Program-made: the position numbers and the translations under genes
Part shown: positions 16,541 to 22,970 of the stretch, in pieces
How positions within the stretch are numbered: position 1 is the stretch's first letter
Layout: each line of letters begins with the position of its first letter
DNA from: a virus
Taxonomy: Duplodnaviria; Caudoviricetes
Length of the DNA stretch: 39,583 nucleotides
Direction: 5' to 3' (one strand)
IMG/VR virus record: IMGVR_UViG_3300022895_000230
Location: 1-39,583 of that record
Notes under the pieces: model-generated
The model's input: only the letters and a program-made list of their open reading frames with translations
What the model was told of the DNA's origin: nothing
Databases searched by the model: none

Positions 16541-17190
16541 TGTCTCAACTACCTCCGAGGTTTTGGTGGGCGGGTGCTATGTGGGAACAGTGCTTCGATC
16601 TTGGCTTGCGAATCTGCAATGCCGAGGAGCGCGTCCCACATCAGATCGTAGAACCTCGCTTTATCGGTGATGACGAACGTGGAAAAAGGAGTCAAGTCAC
16701 CATAATCGTCCAGCCGCGGTATGTCTTCGACGGCGAGCAGTTCTTTCGCAGAAAGGACATTAAAAACTGCACGCTGCAGTCCGTTGGACGCATTCCCCAG
16801 GTCATGCAATTCATCGATTCTCGCGGATATCTCTTCTGGGATCACCAGCGCTGCCCTGGTGATCTTCCCAGCTATGCACACGTTATCGCGCACGTCCTCA
16901 ACATCGTCATCGGGATGTTCGTGGTCCCAAATCTCGTTATTGCGATCCCCGAAGGTTCGAATGTATGGGAGCAAAAGCAAGCCGAGGCTGCGCGCCCTGT
17001 CCGCGCGTTCAGATGCCCTGACGTTCGCGGCGAGAAGATGTTGCACGGCCGGTATAGCCACTGCCATCAATATCGCCACAATGCTGCCGACAGCCTGCAC
17101 CCATGCGGCCTGAACCTCAGGTCTCATTTCGCACCAGCCGATCCAGCCGCAATCCATGCTCTTCCCCTTGGTAAATGGAGGCAAGCATGA
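16540..17190 (+). other. Operon-strand bridging ORF 3 (216 aa), antisense to 16549-17157
   Basis: TAATG overlap with AGGAGG RBS at start; ATGA overlap with Ref-like start at end. Confidence 0.55.
16549..17157 (-). CDS. Counter-oriented membrane-anchored accessory protein (202 aa)
   Basis: AAGGGG RBS; AAWVQAVGSIVAILMAVAIP hydrophobic helix; visibly lower GC than flanks. Confidence 0.8.
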   Translation of the reverse strand: MDCGWIGWCEMRPEVQAAWVQAVGSIVAILMAVAIPAVQHLLAANVRASERADRARSLGLLLLPYIRTFGDRNNEIWDHEHPDDDVEDVRDNVCIAGKITRAALVIPEEISARIDELHDLGNASNGLQRAVFNVLSAKELLAVEDIPRLDDYGDLTPFSTFVITDKARFYDLMWDALLGIADSQAKIEALFPHSTRPPKPRR

Positions 17191-17570
17191 GGCGCGGTCG
17201 TTCTACCGGCAAGCCCACCGCCGCCCAGCAGGCGCGGATGGACGCCATCACCGATGTCGGCTGCATCGTCTGCGCCGCGCTCGGCCACGGTTACATGCCC
17301 TGCCAGGTCCACCACCTCCTGGTCGGCGGCAAGCACGGCCAGAAGCGCCGGGGCCACGACTTCACCATCGGCCTGTGCCCCTGGCACCACGTCGGCGAGC
17401 CCATGGCCGGACTGAGCCATTCGGCCTGCGCCGACCGATACGGCCCCAGCTACGCCCGCGAGCCGCGCCGGTTCCGCGAGGAGATCGGCCGAGACGACTA
17501 CCTGCTGGACCTGCAGAACACCCTGATTGAACAGCACCTGGAGAAGACCTCATGGCGACCAGCCGCCTGA
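17187..17570 (+). CDS. Ref-family (HNH/Zn) recombination enhancement nuclease
   Basis: CIVC..HH..TIGLCPWHH; GGAGG RBS. Confidence 0.8.
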   Translation: MRRGRSTGKPTAAQQARMDAITDVGCIVCAALGHGYMPCQVHHLLVGGKHGQKRRGHDFTIGLCPWHHVGEPMAGLSHSACADRYGPSYAREPRRFREEIGRDDYLLDLQNTLIEQHLEKTSWRPAA

Positions 17571-18070
17571 TATTTGCAGTTGACCCCGGCCTTCGCGGCG
17601 CGGTGGCGGCACTGGCGGATGGGTTCCCGTGCGCCGTGTTGGACATGCCCACCATGGAGGTCGACGGGCGAACCGAGATCGATGCCCGCGCCATCGCGGT
17701 GTTCATCCGGGAGCAGCGCGCCGCGCATCCGGGCGCCGAGGTGCTTGCCTGCATTGAGCGAGTCCGGGCCATGCCGGCGCAGGGCCGGAAGCAGGGTGCC
17801 CAGTCATCCATGAACTTCGGCGACAACTACGGCAAGGCCAAGGCGGTGCTGGAGCTGCTGGGCATCCGCACGATCCGCGCGGAGCCGCTGAGCTGGAAGC
17901 GCCGCTTCGGGCTGGTCGGCCAGGACAAGGACGCATGCCGCCTGCTGGCCATCCAGCGATTCCCGGCAGCTGCTCACTACCTGACCCGAAAGAAGGACGA
18001 CGGGCGCGCCGACGCCCTGATGATTGGCCTCTGGGCCGCACACCAGGTTGCGATGGGAAAGGCCGCATGA
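17552..18070 (+). CDS. RuvC-like Holliday junction resolvase
   Basis: AVDPGLRGA, IERV, SSMNFG, WK, DGRADALMI. Confidence 0.8.
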   Translation: MATSRLIFAVDPGLRGAVAALADGFPCAVLDMPTMEVDGRTEIDARAIAVFIREQRAAHPGAEVLACIERVRAMPAQGRKQGAQSSMNFGDNYGKAKAVLELLGIRTIRAEPLSWKRRFGLVGQDKDACRLLAIQRFPAAAHYLTRKKDDGRADALMIGLWAAHQVAMGKAA

Positions 18071-18276
18071 CGGTGGCCGAGCTGCGGCTGCGGAAGCGGT
18101 ACGCCCTGTACCTGAGGAAGAACGGCCGCTGCGCAGTGTGTCTGTTCCGGGCCCAGGGCGAGGCTGGTTTCCACTGCAAGGGCTGGCCTGACCGGATGGC
18201 CACTTGCGACACCGACGGCAAGCTGCCGGCGTTTCGATTCGATGACCATGTACTGGAGCAACTTCGCGATGCGTAG
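18067..18276 (+). CDS. Small Cys-rich hypothetical protein
   Basis: CAVC...C...C; ATGA coupling. Confidence 0.7.
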   Translation: MTVAELRLRKRYALYLRKNGRCAVCLFRAQGEAGFHCKGWPDRMATCDTDGKLPAFRFDDHVLEQLRDA

Positions 18277-18802
18277 CAATGACCCCCTGACCGAAGATCT
18301 ACGCCGCTGGGGCCATGCCCAGGTGAACCGCTACGCCTTCAGCCATGCCGAGCGCGGCGTGCACGTGCTGCAGCATGCCCGGGATCTGGCGCCGGGAACT
18401 CGGGAGCGGGCACTGCAGGAGCTGGTTGGCCGGGATGGCGGCGACCGCCGGCGCTTCATGGGCGCACGCTCTGGCGTGGTCGGCATGCACACGCTGCCGA
18501 TGTGGGCGGTGGATCCTGTCCGATCCTCCAATGACGCCAGCAAGCCGCACGACAACCCCGAGATTGCCGTCGACCTAGGCACCCCCGACGAGCTTCGGTG
18601 GGTCGATAGGGCGCTCGCGTCCATGCAGCGGCAGTTCCCCCTGCGGGCCTTGATCGTGCGCACTGAGTTCACCGTCTCGGCGAGCCAGGCTGTGAAGGCT
18701 CGCATGGTGGCCGAGCAGTACGGCGGCGCCCTGTCGATCTGGCAGTACCGCCGCGAGCTCCAGCGCGGGGTAGACTTCATGGGCGGCAGGATCGCCGCGT
18801 AA
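18269..18802 (+). CDS. Probable late antiterminator (Q-like)
   Basis: L.RWG N-terminus, C-terminal HTH-like region, position upstream of pR'/tR'. Confidence 0.65.
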   Translation: MRSNDPLTEDLRRWGHAQVNRYAFSHAERGVHVLQHARDLAPGTRERALQELVGRDGGDRRRFMGARSGVVGMHTLPMWAVDPVRSSNDASKPHDNPEIAVDLGTPDELRWVDRALASMQRQFPLRALIVRTEFTVSASQAVKARMVAEQYGGALSIWQYRRELQRGVDFMGGRIAA

Positions 18803-18818
18803 CAGCAAAGGCCGGGCA

Positions 18819-19055
18819 ATGGCTAAGATTCGACTCGAAGTGTTTCCGGAAGGCGGAGCGTGGTGCTACCGTGCAAAGAATCGGATGGGTGTGGTGGGAT
18901 ATCCAGGTACGTGGGAGAACCGCGCTGGCGCCCTCGCAGCTGCAGTGCGCCATGCACAAGATGGCTGGCGCGATCGCCAAGAGAGCTTTGATATCTACTA
19001 TGAGTCGGACGGTGCTTTTATCTTGCATCCGCATGCATTTGGCCATATAGCTTGA
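18819..19055 (+). CDS. Small accessory protein
   Basis: 78 aa, lower GC, stop overlaps the -35 of pR'. Confidence 0.6.
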   Translation: MAKIRLEVFPEGGAWCYRAKNRMGVVGYPGTWENRAGALAAAVRHAQDGWRDRQESFDIYYESDGAFILHPHAFGHIA

Positions 19056-19080
19056 CAAGTTGCACACGCAGACATAGCCT
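19052..19080 (+). promoter_or_regulatory. Late promoter pR'-like
   Basis: TTGACA-17-TAGCCT followed by a terminator. Confidence 0.8.
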
Positions 19081-19106
19081 TTCTACGACTGTCAAGAACT
19101 GCCTCT

Positions 19107-19139
19107 GAAGCCCCGGCCAAAAGCCGGGGCTTCTGCGTT
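19107..19139 (+). terminator. tR'-like terminator
   Basis: GAAGCCCCGGC-caaaa-GCCGGGGCTTC hairpin, short T-rich tail. Confidence 0.75.
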
Positions 19140-19357
19140 CCTGATCCCGAACACCGATTGACCACCGAGCGACCAGGCCTGAACACCTCGCCGCGAGGCG
19201 ACACGGGCCGGCACCAAGACCTCCGGGCGGAGGGTAGCTGGGTCCATGACCCCGGCGGTGCCTATCCAGCGGTGGTGATCGGCCCCCTTTGCCCGGCTCC
19301 TTGCCAGACCGACCTCAGTTCAGCAGCAGCTGGATCGCGGGCCGGGCAGAACAACAC

Positions 19358-19433
19358 GACCCGGTAGCTCAACTGGCAGAGCTGCGGCCTCCAAAGCCGC
19401 CGGTTGCAGGTTCGAGTCCTGCCCGCGTCGCCA
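19358..19433 (+). tRNA. tRNA-Trp (CCA)
   Basis: Cloverleaf: GCGGC-CT CCA AA-GCCGC, GGTTCGAGTCC T-arm, encoded CCA; one C:C mismatch in acceptor stem. Confidence 0.93.
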
Positions 19434-19447
19434 GAGCAGTGCCCTCC

Positions 19448-19523
19448 GGGGAGATGGAAAAGGCAGGGGGCGCTCCGGCGTTGACCCCATGCGCCGAGGG
19501 ATGCAAAGCGAGTCTCCCCACTA
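19448..19523 (+). pseudogene. tRNA-sized degenerate or tRNA-like element
   Basis: GGGGAGA/TCTCCCC stem closing 72 nt, then A-CTA; no T-loop consensus. Confidence 0.35.
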
Positions 19524-19526
19524 AAC

Positions 19527-19603
19527 AGCAGCGTAGAGAAGTCCGGCATCTCGTCGGCCTCATAAGCCGAAGGTCGCCCGTTCGAATCGGGCCGCTGCTA
19601 CCA
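19527..19603 (+). tRNA. tRNA-Met (CAT), initiator-like
   Basis: AGCAGCG/CGCTGCT acceptor, TCGGC-CT CAT AA-GCCGA, GTTCGAATC, encoded CCA. Confidence 0.93.
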
Positions 19604-19617
19604 CTACAGAGGCATCC

Positions 19618-20247
19618 ATGGTGAGTACCGAAACAGTCGCGGCCGCCATGGGCGCCGGCAAATACGCACAGGCTCTGGAAGACGTCTGCATTCGCTTCGG
19701 CATCGTGCCAGCGCTGGAGAAGTGCCACTTCCTGGCGCATATGGCGGTCGAGTCGCAGGGCTTCACCCGCGTACGGGAGAACCTTTCGTACAGCGCGCCG
19801 CGCCTGCTGGAGGTATTCCCTGGCCGGAATGGCCTTACGACGCTGGCCCAGGCAAAGGCCATCGTCGCCGGCGGACGCAATGCGATCGCGGAGGCCATCT
19901 ACGGCGGCGCCTGGGGCGCTGCCAACCTCGGCAACACGCAGCCCGGCGACGGAGCGCGGTTCTCTGGCCTGAGCCTCATCCATCTGACGGGCCGAGCCAA
20001 CGTGACGGCGTACTCGCAGGCGATGTACGGCGACGACCGGGTGGTGCGCGACCCCAGCATGCTGGAGAGGCTGCCTGACGCGGCGCTGGCTGCCGGCTGG
20101 TACTGGGTCTGGCGCGGTTGCGGTGAGCCGGCACGGCGGGACGACCTGCGTGGCAGCACCCGCAAGGTAAACGGCGGCCTCAACGGGCTGGCCGACCGGG
20201 CGATCAAACTGGCCCAGGCCAAAAAGCTGTTCGGCATCAGGGAATGA
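19618..20247 (+). CDS. GH19-family endolysin
   Basis: HFLA..ES.GF...ENLSYS..RL..FP, LGNTQPGDG, LTGRAN, VNGGLNGLADR. Confidence 0.9.
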   Translation: MVSTETVAAAMGAGKYAQALEDVCIRFGIVPALEKCHFLAHMAVESQGFTRVRENLSYSAPRLLEVFPGRNGLTTLAQAKAIVAGGRNAIAEAIYGGAWGAANLGNTQPGDGARFSGLSLIHLTGRANVTAYSQAMYGDDRVVRDPSMLERLPDAALAAGWYWVWRGCGEPARRDDLRGSTRKVNGGLNGLADRAIKLAQAKKLFGIRE

Positions 20248-20750
20248 TGGGTATGCCAGATCTGGACGACGCATCGCTCCTTCAGGCCGAGCAAGAATCC
20301 CTGGGAGAGGCGGTCGTCCTGCTGAAGGAGGTTTGGGGTTGGACGCCACGGCCGCGGCGCGATGCCCGCAACGTTCTGCGGTTGGGCTTCGGTCGTCCGA
20401 TCGAGCTGCGCACCCAGAGTGAACAGGCTGCGACGCTTGAGCTGACGGAGGACCTGATGCAGGCGCAGGAGGTTCTGCGAGGCAGAATCTTCGAACTGCT
20501 GGCGCTCCATCCGGAGATGCGCCGCTCCATGCCGTACATCATCGCCATCGCGGACATTATGGGCGCGGAGCTGGTTCGAGACAGCAACGAGCTGTGGGCT
20601 GCTGCGCGCATGGGCAACTGGCTTGAGTTCGGAGCGGTGATTCAGGACTTCCGTTGGGATCATTTCAGCACCGCAACGATACGGGACAAGCGCGCCGTCA
20701 GCCGGTTGGTAATGCGCCTTGTGATGGGTGCATCTGGGAGTGCCGTATGA
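20244..20750 (+). CDS. T4-lysozyme (GH24)-fold-like protein, likely inactive
   Basis: By-eye colinear similarity to T4 lysozyme with catalytic positions replaced; coupled both sides. Confidence 0.6.
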   Translation: MMGMPDLDDASLLQAEQESLGEAVVLLKEVWGWTPRPRRDARNVLRLGFGRPIELRTQSEQAATLELTEDLMQAQEVLRGRIFELLALHPEMRRSMPYIIAIADIMGAELVRDSNELWAAARMGNWLEFGAVIQDFRWDHFSTATIRDKRAVSRLVMRLVMGASGSAV

Positions 20751-20962
20751 CCTTCGCAACTCGGAACATCGGCGCGGCCAGGTTCGGCATCGCCATAGTC
20801 ATCCTGCTGCTGTACGGGGCGGCGCTCTTCGTTGCCATCTACACCCCCGTGCCTGCATCCAACCGAGAGATCTTCGCCGGGCTCGTCGGTGGTCTGAACA
20901 TGGCCCTCGGCGGCGTGGTCTCTCACTACCTGACAGCCACGCGGCGCTCCGCAGGAGCTTGA
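20747..20962 (+). CDS. Putative holin (2 TM)
   Basis: Two hydrophobic helices, basic C-terminus, lysis cassette. Confidence 0.7.
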   Translation: MTFATRNIGAARFGIAIVILLLYGAALFVAIYTPVPASNREIFAGLVGGLNMALGGVVSHYLTATRRSAGA

Positions 20963-20963
20963 T

Positions 20964-21440
20964 ATGAACCGACTGATCGTCGCTGCTATCGGCTTCGCCA
21001 TCTGGACCGGCCTGGTGTTCTGGGCAGGCTCCACCTTCACTGGCCGGGGCGCTGACCTCAATGCGTCCAAGAAGGAGACGGCCCAGGCCACCGCGGTGGT
21101 GGACCAGGTGAACCAGACCCGCGCCACCGAGCACACCCAGGCCGCCACCATGGCCACCATCGGAGCGAAGCATGAAGAAGACCGCGCTGCGGCCCCGGCC
21201 GTCGCTGATGCTGTTGTGGCTGGGGTGCGCGATGGCACTCTCCAGCTGCGGAACGACCTCGCGACTTGCCATACCGACGTCCTGTCCCAAGCCGTCGCCG
21301 GCACCATCGAACGTGATGCGAGCGCCCAACTACGAGCAGAGGTCGCGGCAGACCTTGTTCGAATCGGCCGTGACGCCGACGACCAAGTCCGAGCCCTCCA
21401 AGCCGTCGTCGCTGCCGATCGAGTCGAGGTGATGCCGTGA
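20964..21440 (+). CDS. Rz: i-spanin (Rz-like)
   Basis: N-terminal TM, coiled coil, GRDADDQVRALQ end, embedded lipoprotein gene. Confidence 0.88.
   Translation: MNRLIVAAIGFAIWTGLVFWAGSTFTGRGADLNASKKETAQATAVVDQVNQTRATEHTQAATMATIGAKHEEDRAAAPAVADAVVAGVRDGTLQLRNDLATCHTDVLSQAVAGTIERDASAQLRAEVAADLVRIGRDADDQVRALQAVVAADRVEVMP
21172..21432 (+). CDS. Rz1: o-spanin lipoprotein embedded in Rz
   Basis: Lipobox LSSC, Pro-rich mature region, alternate frame within Rz. Confidence 0.85.
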   Translation: MKKTALRPRPSLMLLWLGCAMALSSCGTTSRLAIPTSCPKPSPAPSNVMRAPNYEQRSRQTLFESAVTPTTKSEPSKPSSLPIESR

Positions 21441-21640
21441 AGCCGCTGGGTTGGTTGGTGGCTGTGCTGTTGATCGTGGCCGGCCTTCACGCGGTTGATT
21501 GGAGTCTGCCGGCTGCTATCGCGCTCATCGGCGTGGCCGTGTTGCTGCTGGCTTGGATCGCTTGCCGGCCGGTGAGGGGACAGGGCGCAAGGATCGCGCC
21601 TTCACCCAGAGGTCTATCAGTGCGCCCAACAGGCGGGTGA
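21437..21640 (+). CDS. Small 2-TM membrane protein
   Basis: GTGA coupling, GAGG RBS, two hydrophobic helices. Confidence 0.65.
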   Translation: MKPLGWLVAVLLIVAGLHAVDWSLPAAIALIGVAVLLLAWIACRPVRGQGARIAPSPRGLSVRPTGG

Positions 21641-21884
21641 CATTGAGCCAAAAGCAGGCCGCTACGACGTGGTCATAACTTAGAAGCATGGGGATGGATC
21701 TCCTTAATGGTTGTACGGGTACCGAATCGAACTCGAGCAGGCCTTCCTGCTGTATGTGTACCGAATCTCCGGGTGCAGCCTCTGCGGGTGACCGCCGGCT
21801 CCACCAGCGCATCGTCTGGTGGCTGCCTCTGGCGTTCCACTTGCAGGATTTCCGGACTGCCGCGTATGTGGCAGGGAGCAACGA

Positions 21885-22064
21885 ATGAACATCGACCAAT
21901 GGAACCGTGATGACTCGGCCCGCCTGAAGCGGGTGGAGGAGAAGCTGGATGCCCTGCTGGGCGCACTGGCTGATGACGGTGGGGAGGAGCAGGAAGCCCC
22001 GGCCACCAACCTCGATGGCCGACTGGTGCCTGGAGAGCGGGACCAGTCACAGAGCCTGAGCTGA
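21885..22064 (+). CDS. Small hypothetical protein (MNIDQWNRDD...)
   Basis: GGGAG RBS; TGATG coupling to HNH. Confidence 0.7.
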   Translation: MNIDQWNRDDSARLKRVEEKLDALLGALADDGGEEQEAPATNLDGRLVPGERDQSQSLS

Positions 22065-22396
22065 TGGCCCGCATCATCACGCTGGCCCCGCGCATCGCCT
22101 GCGCTCCCAGCAGGCTGAAGCCCACCGCACCGGTGGTGCCCACGTACGGACAGGGCAGAGGTGGCCGCCCCTGGCGGCGGGTGAGGGATGCAGTACTCCT
22201 GAGGGACAAGTACCTCTGCCAGTGCGAGCAGTGCCAGGCCGGTGGCCGGCTCCCGCTGCTGGCTGACGAGGTAGACCACATCGTGCCCGTCGCAGAGGGC
22301 GGCACGGATCACCCGTCGAACCTGCGCGGCATGAACCGTGACTGCCACAAGGCGAAGACGCAGGAAGAGGCAAGGCGCGGTGCGGCGCGACGCTGA
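22064..22396 (+). CDS. Terminase-associated HNH endonuclease
   Basis: W...R..VL.RD.YLCQC..C, VDHIVP..GG....NL....CH..KT. Confidence 0.92.
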   Translation: MARIITLAPRIACAPSRLKPTAPVVPTYGQGRGGRPWRRVRDAVLLRDKYLCQCEQCQAGGRLPLLADEVDHIVPVAEGGTDHPSNLRGMNRDCHKAKTQEEARRGAARR

Positions 22397-22556
22397 ACGC
22401 GGGTCGTGGAACGCAGCGCACCGGCATCGAAAGGTTTCACAGGGGCGGACACCCCGGGGGGGAGGGCGGACATTTCCGGACCTTTGCCACGGACACCCGC
22501 CGCCCACTCATTCAGAGGTTTTTTTCTCGGCCGGAATTTCGGGCTGAAGGCCATTT
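22397..22556. other. Probable cos/packaging region
   Basis: Gap between HNH and terS, where HK97-like phages have cos; C/G run near 22452-22468; cut site not identifiable. Confidence 0.4.
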
Positions 22557-22970
22557 ATGCGCAAAAACACGAAACCCGGTCGGCCCGCGTTCAAGGCGAC
22601 CGCTGTGCAGCGCCGGATGGTCACCAACGCCGCCGCCAGCGGCATGTCGCACCAGGAGATTTCCATCGCCCTGGGCATCTCGCGCAACACGCTGGAGAAG
22701 TACTTCGAAAAGGAGATTTCGACCGCTGCGCTGCGCCGGCGCATGGAGGTGATGGACGCGATGGCGAGGACGGCACTTAAGGGCAACGTGGCAGCCCAGA
22801 AGGCGTTCCTTGCCCAGACGCCCACGCTGGCTGCGCCCCCGGAGGTACCCGAGAAGCCGCTGGGTAAGAAGGACCAGGCCAACGCTGATGCCGTCGGCGC
22901 GGAGGCTGGGACCGAGTGGGCCGACCTGCTGGACAAGAAGGTCACCCCGATTCGGCGCGCGGCGAAGTAA
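22557..22970 (+). CDS. terS: Terminase small subunit
   Basis: GRP..HTH (EISIALGISRNTLEKYF), GNVAAQ; upstream of terL. Confidence 0.85.
   Translation: MRKNTKPGRPAFKATAVQRRMVTNAAASGMSHQEISIALGISRNTLEKYFEKEISTAALRRRMEVMDAMARTALKGNVAAQKAFLAQTPTLAAPPEVPEKPLGKKDQANADAVGAEAGTEWADLLDKKVTPIRRAAK

Noticed and set aside
19899-20759. Open antisense frame across the pseudo-lysozyme as a fourth two-strand cassette
   Set aside because: The protein-like gene is on the operon strand; the antisense ORF lacks the TM signature and runs into the endolysin.
21748-21766. CTGTATGTGTACCG as an SOS box
   Set aside because: Spacing and right half do not fit CTGT-N8-ACAG.
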